From Candidatus Limnocylindrales bacterium (lineage in GTDB: Bacteria; Chloroflexota; Limnocylindria; Limnocylindrales; CSP1-4), in NCBI GenBank assembly GCA_035540555.1, contig DATLGJ010000040.1, forward strand, positions 2,656 to 66,655: 64,000 nt of DNA. Direction: 5' to 3'. Positions within the stretch are counted from its first letter, which is position 1, and each line of letters begins with the position of its first letter. Positions 21,146 through 31,125 of the stretch are shown here, piece by piece. The notes below the pieces were generated by a model, which did no database searches, was not told where the DNA came from, and worked only from the letters and a program-made list of their open reading frames with translations. The translations under genes were made by a program, and so were the position numbers.

Positions 21146-21729
21146 CTGGGGCTGCTGCCCGTCACTTCCTGAAGACGAGCCAGGGCCAGCAGCGCGATCA
21201 GGGTCTTGGCGTCCTGGACCTGGCCGCTCTCGACGAGTGCCAGCGCCTCGGACAGCGGCACCTCCAAGAGCTCCAGCCGCTCGTCCGCTTCCGGTCCGAT
21301 GCCTTCGCCCGCCGGGCTCAGATCGGTTGCCAGAAACAGGTGCATCTCCTCCGTGGTGAAGCCGGGTGCGGTGAAAAAGCGCGCCAGCAGGCGCCACTCC
21401 GCCGCCTGGTAGCCGGTTTCTTCGGCCAGCTCGCGACGGGCCGCCAGCTGGGGGTCTTCCCGCCCACCGTCGGCATCGCGGTCAAGCGTGCCAGCCGGCA
21501 CCTCCAGGCAGATGCGCCCGACCGCGTGCCGGTACTGGCGTACCAGCAGGACCCGCCGGTCGTCGGTCAGGGCGACGATCGCCACCCCGCCCGGGTGGAC
21601 GACCACCTCCCTTCGACGTTCGATGCCGTCGGCGTCGGTGACGGTGTCGAGGTGGAAGGTGAGCAGGCGTCCCTCGACGAGGACCTCGCGCCGGGCCAGC
21701 TGCTCGACGAAGGGATCGCGGCTGGACAT
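21142..21729 (-). CDS. NUDIX hydrolase (ADP-ribose pyrophosphatase-like)
   Basis: From ATG 21729: MSSRDPFVEQLARREVLVEGRLLTFHLDTVTDADG..., with the Nudix box GTLDRDADGGREDPQLAARRELAEETGY. The track ORF start at 21885 adds non-protein-like sequence. Confidence 0.8.
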   Translation of the reverse strand: MSSRDPFVEQLARREVLVEGRLLTFHLDTVTDADGIERRREVVVHPGGVAIVALTDDRRVLLVRQYRHAVGRICLEVPAGTLDRDADGGREDPQLAARRELAEETGYQAAEWRLLARFFTAPGFTTEEMHLFLATDLSPAGEGIGPEADERLELLEVPLSEALALVESGQVQDAKTLIALLALARLQEVTGSSPS

Positions 21730-21896
21730 GGCTCGAGTATCGCACCCGAGGTCCCGGGGGGTCCTGTGCATCGGGTCAACGGACTGGTACGACTCTCCCA
21801 TAGAGATTCGGGTCGCTTCCCACCTAGGATCGGCCCCTGCCGGTTCGACCGGCGGGGCGCGCTCCGCGCGTTGCCCACCGCCCAAAGGAGACAGCG

Positions 21897-21983
21897 ATGT
21901 CGAACATCCGAAACATCGTCATCAGCGTCACGATCCTGGCCTCGTTCCTTCTCGTTCTCGCCGCTCCCTTCCGCTGGTTCTAG
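21897..21983 (+). CDS. Candidate 28-aa hydrophobic micro-protein
   Basis: It is below the ORF-track length cutoff. A strong SD (AAAGGAG at 21884-21890) sits 6 nt before the ATG. The product is MSNIRNIVISVTILASFLLVLAAPFRWF*, a single predicted TM helix. Confidence 0.35.
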   Translation: MSNIRNIVISVTILASFLLVLAAPFRWF

Positions 21984-22127
21984 CGGGCCCGCGACGAGCG
22001 TCGGGCGAAGTGCCCACCGCCCGACGCCCGTCTCGGATATTGACTTCGGAGCTGACGCGCCTGGCGCTCCCCTCGGAGGGTCATGAGCGCGTCAGTGGCG
22101 TGAGCGCCACCTCGTGCCCCGCAGGGA

Positions 22128-22745
22128 GTGGGTGAGCGGAACCGTCCGATGCTGCTGCTGTACGCGATCCCAATTGGACTGCTGATCGGCCTGGCGGCCG
22201 GAGGCCGTCTGGGCCTCCTCGGGCAGGTTCGTATCCGCTGGTGGCCGCTGGCCATAGGCGGGCTGCTGTTCCAGCTGGTCCTCTTCAGCCGCCCCGTAGC
22301 GTCGGTTGTGGGCGAGGCGGGCCCGGCTCTCTATGTCGGCTCGACCCTTGTGGTCCTCGTGGCCCTGCTGGCCAATCTGGGCCAGCCCGGCTTCCGACTG
22401 ATCTTTGCCGGCGCACTCCTGAACATGCTTGTCGTCGGCCTGAACGGCGGCCAGATGCCGGCGTCGCCCGAAGCGCTGCAGGCCGTCTTCGGCACCCCCA
22501 ACGTGCCGGTCGACCACTTCTCGAACTCGGTCGTCGCGGGGCCCGGCACTGCGCTGGCCTTCCTGGGTGACATCTTTGTGCTGCCTCCGCCGTTCCCGGC
22601 CGCCAACGTCTTCTCGATTGGCGACGTCCTGATCGGCGCAGGGGGCGTCTGGTTCATCGTTCGTACGATGCGCGGCGCCGACCAGCCGGCATCCCCAATC
22701 GCGGCCGGCTCAACCGCGCCCTCGGCCAGCTCACTGCGCGCTTAG
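22128..22745 (+). CDS. DUF5317-like integral membrane protein
   Basis: It is polytopic. MLLLYAIPIGLLIGLAAGGRLGLL...NGGQMP...FSIGDVLIGAGGVWFIV resembles the DUF5317 family, from memory. ATG 22149 is an alternative start. Confidence 0.6.
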   Translation: MGERNRPMLLLYAIPIGLLIGLAAGGRLGLLGQVRIRWWPLAIGGLLFQLVLFSRPVASVVGEAGPALYVGSTLVVLVALLANLGQPGFRLIFAGALLNMLVVGLNGGQMPASPEALQAVFGTPNVPVDHFSNSVVAGPGTALAFLGDIFVLPPPFPAANVFSIGDVLIGAGGVWFIVRTMRGADQPASPIAAGSTAPSASSLRA

Positions 22746-22831
22746 CTCGTCCCTCCAGCGGGGCCAGCCTCCGAGGCACAGACGACCCAGTCGGGGCAGG
22801 CCGTGCTGCCCGCCCCGACCGTCAGCGGCTG

Positions 22832-23941
<1,110 letters not shown>

Positions 23942-24107
23942 GCCGCTATCTCCTCCCTGAACGTCGTAAGCCGGGCCCGGCTTCGGGCCAATGCGGCTCG
24001 ACCGCTTGGGTTTGCGCGATCGTAGCATCCGCACCAAGCCGGATTCGCTGTTCATGAGCCGCCGCGCCGCGCTAGGATGCCTTCGCTTTCTATAGCGGAG
24101 GGACGAA

Positions 24108-24368
24108 GTGCCCGACCTCGGGATCATCGGCTGGATTGTCATCGGATTCTTCGCCGGCGCGCTGTCCGGCGCGGTCATCGGGGGCAGGACCGCACGCGGC
24201 TGCCTGCCCAACATACTGGTCGGCGTGCTGGGTGGCATCGTCGGCGGGTTCCTCGCGCGAGAGCTGTTCGGCCGCGAGCAGACCATCGGCTGGATCGGAT
24301 CGTTCGTGGTGGCGTTCCTGGGGGCGCTGCTGATCCGCTGGCTGCTGGAGTTCGCCAACCGGCGCTGA
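24108..24368 (+). CDS. GlsB/YeaQ/YmgE-family (transglycosylase-associated) small membrane protein
   Basis: 86 aa. GIIGWIVIGFFAGALSGAVIGG...ILVGVLGGIVGGFLAREL is the family signature. The SD is GGAGGGA. Confidence 0.8.
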   Translation: MPDLGIIGWIVIGFFAGALSGAVIGGRTARGCLPNILVGVLGGIVGGFLARELFGREQTIGWIGSFVVAFLGALLIRWLLEFANRR

Positions 24369-24390
24369 GCGCGACGGGGGCGGGGAGACG

Positions 24391-25083
24391 GTGGAGAGCC
24401 AGACGACCGGCGTCCTGCTGCTCGATGACCGGCGGGTCCTGGTAGCGGCGAACGATCCGGCGGCGGAGATGCTCGGCGAGGCTGCCGACGAGCTGGTCGG
24501 CAGGCGGGCGGACGACTTCATGCCGATGGTTGCGCGTCAGCTGTATCCGCTTGCCTGGCAGGGTTTCCTGCTGCGCGGCAGTGCCTCGGGCGACTACGCG
24601 GCGCAGCGCTCGGACGGCAGGCTGATCCGGCTCGCCTATGTCGGCTTCGCCCACCGACCGGTGCGCGGCCTGCACTTCTTCGTAATCCAGCCGCTGCCGG
24701 GCACGGTAGACCGGTCGGTGCTCAAGCCGCGGATGCAGGCCGACGCGCTCGTTGTTGGCGCAAAGCTGCCGGCAGAGGCGCGCGAACGACTGAGCCGTGA
24801 GGCAGATCGCGAGGAGTGGCGTCTGCCCGTCACCAAAGGCGGAGAGAGGGCGATCATCGCCGCTCTCTTCGACGGCCCGGACCCGGCCCTGAACGCGCTG
24901 GGATCGTTGCGCGGGCTGGTCGGCTTCGTGGGCGGCATCGCCAGTGCGGCCGGTGCGACGCCCGACTCACCGCTGACCCTTGTGGCCGGACGAGTGCCCT
25001 ACGACGGGATCGGCACCGCCCTGGAGGCTATTCGCAGCCAGGGTGGGCGGATGATCTCGCACGTGGATGAACGGCGCGCGTAG
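24391..25083 (+). CDS. PAS-domain protein with an uncharacterised C-terminal domain
   Basis: 230 aa. The N-terminus (GVLLLDDRRVLVAANDPAAEMLGEAADELVGRRADDFMP...GDYAAQRSDGRLIRLAY) fits a PAS fold. No output domain was recognised. Confidence 0.5.
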   Translation: MESQTTGVLLLDDRRVLVAANDPAAEMLGEAADELVGRRADDFMPMVARQLYPLAWQGFLLRGSASGDYAAQRSDGRLIRLAYVGFAHRPVRGLHFFVIQPLPGTVDRSVLKPRMQADALVVGAKLPAEARERLSREADREEWRLPVTKGGERAIIAALFDGPDPALNALGSLRGLVGFVGGIASAAGATPDSPLTLVAGRVPYDGIGTALEAIRSQGGRMISHVDERRA

Positions 25084-25087
25084 GTAG

Positions 25088-25552
25088 TCAGCCTCGTTTC
25101 AGGAGGTGGGGCGTCAGCCTGGCGCTGAGCTGGGCCTTCGGCATGGCGCCGACGACGCGGTCGACGACACGCCCATCGCGCATGACCACCAGCGTCGGGA
25201 TGCTGGAGGCCTGGAATCGCTGGGTAAGCGCCGGGTTCTCATCGACGTTGACCTTGACCACCTTCAATCGGCCGGCGTGCTCCTTCGCCAACTGCTCGAG
25301 GATGGGCCCGACGAAGCGGCATGGTCCGCACCACGGCGCCCAGAGGTCGACCAAAACGGCGGTCGTGGCACTGGCTTCGACGTCGAAGGTCGCGTCGGAG
25401 GCATTGACCAGCCAGGGCAATGGCTTGCCGCATTCCCCGCAGTGGGGAACACCGCGTGGCGAAGGCCGGATCCGGTTCCGCTTGCCACATGCGGCGCAGG
25501 ACAGCGTCGACTCCGGGCCAGCTCCGCCGGATCGTGAGTGGCTGCCGCTCAC
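25088..25552 (-). CDS. trxC: Thioredoxin with an N-terminal zinc finger (thioredoxin-2 type)
   Basis: It has CAACGKRNRI...CGECGKPL followed by LVDLWAPWCGPCR and a thioredoxin fold. I favour GTG 25552, which avoids an 83-nt overlap with the upstream GNAT gene. The track start is 25657. Confidence 0.8.
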   Translation of the reverse strand: MSGSHSRSGGAGPESTLSCAACGKRNRIRPSPRGVPHCGECGKPLPWLVNASDATFDVEASATTAVLVDLWAPWCGPCRFVGPILEQLAKEHAGRLKVVKVNVDENPALTQRFQASSIPTLVVMRDGRVVDRVVGAMPKAQLSARLTPHLLKRG

Positions 25553-25574
25553 GTCAGGCGCGACTCCCCGTTTC

Positions 25575-25901
25575 TCACCGAGCCTCGTCGGTCGCGTCGC
25601 CCGGATCGGCAAGGAGACCCTGATATTGGGCGTGTCGCTGGATGTAGGTGCGCACAAATGGGCAGACCGGGACGACCTTCAGGCCGCGGCCCCGTACGTC
25701 GTCGAGCTGCCTCTGGACCAGCAGGCTGCCTATTCCGCGTCCCTCGAAGGCGGGGTCTACGAAAGTGTGCGTGAAGGTGATCGTGCCCGGCTCGAGCCTG
25801 TACTGGGAGAAGCCCGCCAGCTGTCCGTCGAGCAGCGCCTCATAGCGACGTCGGTCGGGGGTGTCCCGGATCTCGGGGGAGTCGTTCGGTTGGTCGTTCA
25901 C
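25575..25901 (-). CDS. GNAT-family N-acetyltransferase (small YjdJ/PF14542-like)
   Basis: 108 aa: RRRYEALLDGQLAGFSQY...ITFTHTFVDPAFEGRGIGSLLV...VVPVCPFVRTYIQRH. Confidence 0.75.
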   Translation of the reverse strand: MNDQPNDSPEIRDTPDRRRYEALLDGQLAGFSQYRLEPGTITFTHTFVDPAFEGRGIGSLLVQRQLDDVRGRGLKVVPVCPFVRTYIQRHAQYQGLLADPGDATDEAR

Positions 25902-25940
25902 CCGGTCAAGGTTAGCCCGATCCGCGGCTATCCTGCGTCG

Positions 25941-26858
25941 ATGCCGCTCAGCGATGTCCAGTCAGTCACCGGTCCGGTGGCAGTTGCAGACCTTGGTGTG
26001 GTGATGGCACACGAGCACACCTTCATCGACCTGCTGCGTGAGTACCGCGGGAACGGCCTGATCAACGATGCCGAGCTGGTTGCCGAAGAGCTGCGCCGCT
26101 ATCGCGCCGCCGGCGGGACGACGATCGTGGACTGCACCTCGCGTGGCCTGCAACCCGATCCCGGGCTGACCCGGCGCGTGGCGCAGGAGAGCGGCGTGAC
26201 GATCATCATGGGTACCGGTTTCTACCGACGGCCCTATCTCGACGAGGACTGGTTCAGCGCCCGCTCCGTCGATGAGGTCACCGACGTCATCGTCAGCGAC
26301 ATTCGCGAGGGCATCGACGACACGGGCGTCCGGGCCGGCGTGATCGGCGAGGTGGGCTGCGACCGGGCGATGAGCTCGGCGGAGGAGAAGTCCTTCCGCG
26401 CCGCCGCGCGGGCGCACATGGCCACGGGCCTGACCATCACCACGCACGCGGCCAGGTGGCCGGTCGGCCTGGCCCAGCTCGACGTGCTCGAGTCGGAGGG
26501 CGTGCCGGCGGGCCGCGTCATCATCGGCCACTGCGGTCTGGTGCCCGACAGGGACTATCACCGCCGAGTGGCGGAGCGCGGTGCCTGGCTGGGCTTCGAC
26601 ACCATCCAGCCCGGCAACGAATACCTCCTGACGCGAACCGAGCGCGCAATCCTGACGCTGGTGGACGCCGGCTTCGCTGATCGGATCCTGCTTTCGCAGG
26701 ACGTCTGCCTGTTCACCGATTTCGAAGCCTGCGGCGGCCCGGGCTACGGCTACGTGCTGAGGTCCTTCCTGCCGCGCCTCGAGCGAGCCGGCCTGGCACC
26801 CGATCTCATCCGGCGAATGGTCACGCTGAACCCGCAACGGGCCCTCAGCGGGGCCTGA
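25941..26858 (+). CDS. Phosphotriesterase-family (PHP/PTE-like) metal-dependent hydrolase
   Basis: From ATG 25941: MPLSDVQSVTGPVAVADLGVVMAHEHTFIDL...GVIGEVG...ITTHA...IIGHCG...LSQDV, an amidohydrolase/PTE pattern. Confidence 0.85.
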   Translation: MPLSDVQSVTGPVAVADLGVVMAHEHTFIDLLREYRGNGLINDAELVAEELRRYRAAGGTTIVDCTSRGLQPDPGLTRRVAQESGVTIIMGTGFYRRPYLDEDWFSARSVDEVTDVIVSDIREGIDDTGVRAGVIGEVGCDRAMSSAEEKSFRAAARAHMATGLTITTHAARWPVGLAQLDVLESEGVPAGRVIIGHCGLVPDRDYHRRVAERGAWLGFDTIQPGNEYLLTRTERAILTLVDAGFADRILLSQDVCLFTDFEACGGPGYGYVLRSFLPRLERAGLAPDLIRRMVTLNPQRALSGA

Positions 26859-26879
26859 GCAGCTGGCTCCATGTGCCGG

Positions 26880-27632
26880 TCATCGACCGGTCAGCTGCAG
26901 TCCGAGGTCGCCGGAGCTCAGAGTGAGCGTCCCACTGCGGATCTCGAACTCGACCTCGCCGTGGAGCACTGCCAGGACGGCTCGTTCCACGTGGTCTCGA
27001 TCGCCCGGGCAGGCCATGCGGGTCAACGCGATCGGGCCGAGCACCACGACGCCATCGCCGAGCTCGTAGCTTCCGCCGCCCGAGTTGCAGCCGGGCTCGA
27101 CGGTGAACGTCCCGTCGTCGGCGAACTCGATGAGCGCGCGCACGTCAACGGGCACCGATCTGGCAGCGTCGCCATCGATGAGCGTGGTCAAACTCCATGT
27201 TGGCCCGACCAGCGGCAAGTCCGGCTCAAGCACCTCCCGGTCAGCGAAGACGGCGGTGCCCGAGGGACCATCGAGGACGAGCTGGCCACCATCCAGCCGG
27301 ACGGTCGGATTGGAAGAGAGCAATGCCACCAGCCGCTCGTCCTGCTGATGCAGCTCCTGGCTGCAGCCGATCTCGGTCATCGCCAACGACGCCGCCTGCA
27401 GCCGCCCGTCGCTGATGGCGTAGCTGCCGCCGATGTGGTTGCAGCCCGCGTGCGCGTTCAGGCTGCCATCGGCGAAGGAGAGACGGACCTGCGTGCCCGG
27501 AACCAGGGCGACCGCCTGCCCGCCGGCCGTCCAGCCGGTGAGCAGCAGCTCGCGGCTTTCCAGTGAGAGCGGGGGCGCGGACATGCAGGCGGCTCCGAGG
27601 AACAAGGTGATCATCACGGACATGGTTTTCAT
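26880..27632 (-). CDS. Lipoprotein with two META (HslJ-like) domains
   Basis: From ATG 27632: MKTMSVMITLFLGAAC (lipobox), then two copies of the META pattern (...LNAHAGCNHIGGSYAISDGRL... and ...FTVEPGCNSGGGSYELGDGVV...). Confidence 0.75.
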   Translation of the reverse strand: MKTMSVMITLFLGAACMSAPPLSLESRELLLTGWTAGGQAVALVPGTQVRLSFADGSLNAHAGCNHIGGSYAISDGRLQAASLAMTEIGCSQELHQQDERLVALLSSNPTVRLDGGQLVLDGPSGTAVFADREVLEPDLPLVGPTWSLTTLIDGDAARSVPVDVRALIEFADDGTFTVEPGCNSGGGSYELGDGVVVLGPIALTRMACPGDRDHVERAVLAVLHGEVEFEIRSGTLTLSSGDLGLQLTGR

Positions 27633-27809
27633 GGCGGCATTGACGCCGCCGCACTGTAAAAGGTGCCCGATGAGCCGCCATTGCCCGCAGCAGGGCAAGT
27701 GCGGGGACGACTCGTGCTTCGTGAGGGCTTGACTGCCCCGATTCCTGTGTCACATTGGTCGGTCTACGGGCGGCCGCCCCCAGCAGGCCGCACTTGAAGG
27801 GGGACGGAC

Positions 27810-30056
27810 ATGGCCCGCGGAGGGAGAGGGCAGGCGCGAGTGGTCGGTTGGCCTGTGCCGCTGGCCGTGTTCGCCGCGATCTTGTCCTTCGCCCTCGTCC
27901 TCGCCAGCGGAGCACCGCCAACCGCCGCTCGTGAGGGCTCTCCGCGCGCCGCCGAGGCCGTCATCGAGGCGGCCAAGGGTTACGTCGGGCTGCCCTACCA
28001 GCTGGGGACCGAGGGGCCGGATCGGTTCGATTGCTCCGGCCTGATCTTCCGGGCCTTCTCAGACGCTGGCCAGGCCTCGCTGATCGGTGGCCGCCGGATC
28101 CGTGCTGCCGCCTACATGCGCTGGTTCGCCGGCCACGGACGGTTCACGACGGATCCCGAGCGGCTCCGCCGGGGCGACCTGGTCATGTACGACCACGGCA
28201 AGCACATCGCCATCTACCTCGGCGACGGGATGGCACTCAGCGCGGTCCTCAGCGGCGTCAGCATCCACCGACTGCACGGCCTGACCCAGCAGGTGACCGG
28301 CTTCCTGCGCGTCGATTGGAACCGGGACGGTGCGGAGGCAGGTGACCCATTGCTGCTGCCAGCCCCAGCCGAGATGGCCGAGGAGGAGCCCGCCGAGCTG
28401 GTCCCCGACTCGGCCTGGGCACCCAGCTTCGACGAGGCGGCCCGCCGGGGCGGCCGCCCGACTGGGGTCGAACGGGCTGACATGCGCACGGCGGCCTCGC
28501 GGACGTTCGAGCAACGCGACGGCTCATTCGTAACCGAGCTTTTTGCCAGCCCGATCCACTACCAACCTGTCCGCGGCGGCGCGTGGGCGCCGATCGAGCT
28601 CCGATTCGAGGACGGTGCGCTGGCCGGCGCGCCGGTGGCCTTGACCGTCCACGATGCCCGTCGACGGGGAAGCCTGGCCGAGCTCGGTACCGGTGGCCAC
28701 GTGATCGGGCTCGGCGCCACTGGTCTGCCGCGCGGCGCGCACGTGGAGCCGGTGCCCGGCGCGGATGGCCGCTACGTCGATTACTCCGGCCTGTTCGGCG
28801 GCCGAGCGGGGCTGAGGCTCTTCCCGCTCTCTGACGGCCTCAAGGCGTTCCTGGTCCTGCCGCATGAGCCGACGGACAACCGCTTCGAGCTGCGCCTCCA
28901 GGCCACCCCGCTGGGGGCTCGCGAAGCCGGCGGCGGCGTACAGCTTGTCGACCATACCGGCGACGTGGTTGCGCGGCTCGACGCGCCCTTGGTGCTCGAC
29001 TCGGGAGACGAGGATGGGCGCGGGGGAGGGGTGTCGACCGATGCCGTTGCCCTGACCCTTGCCGGCGCGGAGGAGGAGCGGCTGCTCGTCGTCACGCTCG
29101 ACCGCGACTACCTCGGCCGGGCCAGCTACCCGCTCTACGTCGACCTGACCCTGCGCGCTGAGGGCCTGGCGGAACGCCTCGGTTCGACCTTCGTGCTGAG
29201 CAGCCGACCCGACACCACCTTTGCCAGCTTCCAGCGGCCGGAATGGCCGGCTTATCCCGAGCTCTGGCATGGCCGGCTGCCCGGCCGGCAGGCCTACACC
29301 GAAGCCTATTTGCGCTTCGCCGATCCGCTGGTCGAGCTGGCCGGCGTGGAGCTGCTGCGTGCGACACTGCGCATCTTCCCTTACTGGCAGCACGCCTCGC
29401 GAGGCGGGACCTGGGTGGGCACGCCTACCGGTGACTGGGATCCGACGACGCTGACATGGCACGGCAGACCCGCCAGCACGGAGCTCGGCTCGCTGACCTC
29501 CAAGCCGGGCAGCTGGTCCGAGCTGGACGTGACGGATCATGTGCGCGCCGTGGTTGCCCGCCAGAAGCCCGATCACGGCTTCCTGCTGCACGCCAACGAG
29601 GTCGGTGCTCGCGGCTGGAAGCGCATCGCCGCGCCCGGCGCCGCCGACGCCGGTGCGCTGGAGCCACGGCTGGTGGTTCACTGGGCGGGTCTGCGACCCT
29701 CGGCCACGGATACGGTTGCGGGCGCGGGCTGGGACGGGGCCCTGAGCTGGACCCACCCCGCGGTGGCTGGCGAGCAGTGGCGCTTCGAGGTGGAGATCGT
29801 CGAGCCCGAGCGGGGCGTGAGCGTCAGGTCAGGCGTGATCCGTGGCGACGAGGCCCGTCAACAACAATGGCTCGTGCCCGTCGAAGAGCTGGTCCCCGGT
29901 GAGTCGTACTCGTGGCGAGTCCGCGTGCGCTACGGGCCGGGATCTCCCTGGAGCGCCTGGTCCGAGCCAGCGCGGCTGGCCTACGGCTCAGATGATGCCC
30001 AGTCCCTCGACCAGCAGCAGCGCGCCGAAGAGCACGAAGGCGCCCGCGGCCAATAG
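27810..30056 (+). CDS. Secreted multidomain cell-wall hydrolase: NlpC/P60 domain, large middle region, DNRLRE-like domain and FN3-like domain
   Basis: 748 aa. It has a signal/TM segment and the NlpC/P60 core (YQLGTEGPDRFDCSGLIFRAF...GDLVMYDHGKHIAIYLG). A later TLTWHGRP...LDVTDHVRAVV segment is DNRLRE-like. The C-terminal GESYSWRVRVRYGPGSPWSAWSEP is FN3-like. The SD is AAGGGGGA. Confidence 0.75.
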   Translation: MARGGRGQARVVGWPVPLAVFAAILSFALVLASGAPPTAAREGSPRAAEAVIEAAKGYVGLPYQLGTEGPDRFDCSGLIFRAFSDAGQASLIGGRRIRAAAYMRWFAGHGRFTTDPERLRRGDLVMYDHGKHIAIYLGDGMALSAVLSGVSIHRLHGLTQQVTGFLRVDWNRDGAEAGDPLLLPAPAEMAEEEPAELVPDSAWAPSFDEAARRGGRPTGVERADMRTAASRTFEQRDGSFVTELFASPIHYQPVRGGAWAPIELRFEDGALAGAPVALTVHDARRRGSLAELGTGGHVIGLGATGLPRGAHVEPVPGADGRYVDYSGLFGGRAGLRLFPLSDGLKAFLVLPHEPTDNRFELRLQATPLGAREAGGGVQLVDHTGDVVARLDAPLVLDSGDEDGRGGGVSTDAVALTLAGAEEERLLVVTLDRDYLGRASYPLYVDLTLRAEGLAERLGSTFVLSSRPDTTFASFQRPEWPAYPELWHGRLPGRQAYTEAYLRFADPLVELAGVELLRATLRIFPYWQHASRGGTWVGTPTGDWDPTTLTWHGRPASTELGSLTSKPGSWSELDVTDHVRAVVARQKPDHGFLLHANEVGARGWKRIAAPGAADAGALEPRLVVHWAGLRPSATDTVAGAGWDGALSWTHPAVAGEQWRFEVEIVEPERGVSVRSGVIRGDEARQQQWLVPVEELVPGESYSWRVRVRYGPGSPWSAWSEPARLAYGSDDAQSLDQQQRAEEHEGARGQ

Positions 30057-30560
30057 CCGCACCGGTCGGCGCGGCAGTCGGGCACCCATCACGGCGCCGA
30101 TCACCACGGCGGCCACGTTCGCAGCGAACATGCCGGCGCTGGCGCCGAGCCATGTGCCCATCGGATCGTTGGTGGCTGCAAGCGTGAGTGTCACCAGCAT
30201 CGTCTTATCCCCGAACTCGGCGACAACGTACGCCGCAACGATGGTGAGCAGCGCCACCTTTCCGCGGCGGGCCAGGCCGGCCTCGTGGTCATCATCGTCG
30301 TCGCCGCGCAGCGTCCACAGGGCAAAGGCAAGAAACGCCATCCCGGCAGCGATCTGGATCGGCTCGGTGGGCAGCGCCATGGCGAAGGCGGCTCCAACGA
30401 CGACGGCGCCGGCCTGCATGAGCAATGCGGCGAGGCCCACTCCGAGGAGCACAAGCCAGGCGGGATACCGAGTTGCGAAAGCCAGCGTCAGCAGCTGGCT
30501 CTTGTCGCCCATCTCGGCGACGAGCACGACGCCGAAGGCGAGCAGGAGCGCCTCTAGCAA
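29988..30560 (-). CDS. GDT1/TMEM165 (UPF0016) family cation (Ca2+/Mn2+) transporter
   Basis: 190 aa with two E-x-G-D-K-[ST] motifs (AEMGDKSQL, AEFGDKTML) in a 6-TM protein. TTG start. Confidence 0.85.
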   Translation of the reverse strand: MLEALLLAFGVVLVAEMGDKSQLLTLAFATRYPAWLVLLGVGLAALLMQAGAVVVGAAFAMALPTEPIQIAAGMAFLAFALWTLRGDDDDDHEAGLARRGKVALLTIVAAYVVAEFGDKTMLVTLTLAATNDPMGTWLGASAGMFAANVAAVVIGAVMGARLPRRPVRLLAAGAFVLFGALLLVEGLGII

Positions 30561-30584
30561 GTCTTGAGGGGAGAGGCGGAAGCG

Positions 30585-30803
30585 TCAGGCAGGTTCGCCG
30601 TTGGCGACGAGCTCCTCCTGGACCTGCGTCTTGGGTCGCATGCGCGCGACGATTGCACTTGCCTCCTCGGAAAGCCTCGTCAGGAGCGGATCCCCCGGCT
30701 TCAGCGTCAGCTTCTGCGTCTCGATCTGCTTCAGCCGCTCGGCATCGCCGATCAAGTCCTCGGCGGTTGCCCGGAGGTCCTCCATCTGCTCGCTATCCGA
30801 CAC
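30585..30803 (-). CDS. Small hypothetical protein, related to the N-terminal half of the 135-aa proteins at 31126-31533 and 49679-50086
   Basis: 72 aa, GTG start after GAGGGA. AERLKQIETQKLTLKPGDPLLTRLSEEASAIVARM aligns by eye with LERLTAVERAKQQLTLGSGEFVTLAREADHLARVV of the upstream gene. Confidence 0.5.
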   Translation of the reverse strand: MSDSEQMEDLRATAEDLIGDAERLKQIETQKLTLKPGDPLLTRLSEEASAIVARMRPKTQVQEELVANGEPA

Positions 30804-30833
30804 TGGTCCCTCACTTTCTTCCCCCCGGAAGCG

Positions 30834-31040
30834 TCACTCGGACACCCAGTACCCCTCGCGGTACACGTACCAGACCTCGGCGCGCTCACCCTCCAGCTGG
30901 CGCGGCCGCACAACGGCCTTGGGGTAAGTCTCTCGCAAATGCGCTTCCAGTGCAGCGGGCGTGACCGAGTTCGGGCCCTCGGCCTCTACCGCCGCCACGA
31001 AGTCCGCGTCGCGGCGCGGATTGATGACGAATGCGCGCAC
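30834..31040 (-). CDS. Small hypothetical protein (EVWYVYR-E/D-G-x-WV family), paralog of 49444-49824
   Basis: 68 aa from GTG 31040: VRAFVINPRRDADFVAAVEAEGPNSVTPAALEAHLRETYPKAVVRPRQLEGERAEVWYVYREGYWVSE*. It is 31/59 identical, ungapped, to the 49444 ORF by my manual alignment. Confidence 0.5.
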   Translation of the reverse strand: MRAFVINPRRDADFVAAVEAEGPNSVTPAALEAHLRETYPKAVVRPRQLEGERAEVWYVYREGYWVSE

Positions 31041-31125
31041 GCTGGAAGGCTGAGCCTGCCATCCCGTGGCGTCAACCTCCGAACCGGCCCGGGCGGGTTG
31101 CAGCCTTGCTACAGAAGTCCGACGC

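Noticed and set aside
21794-21804. The 11-mer CTCTCCCATAG occurs about 95 nt upstream of the 28-aa micro-ORF and again (31748-31758) about 75 nt upstream of the flp pilin gene. This looked like a shared promoter or regulatory motif for small hydrophobic peptide genes.
   Set aside because: By rough estimate, a shared 11-mer between two arbitrary sites in 128 kb of two-strand sequence is expected many times by chance. The flanks do not align and no convincing -35/-10 geometry follows.
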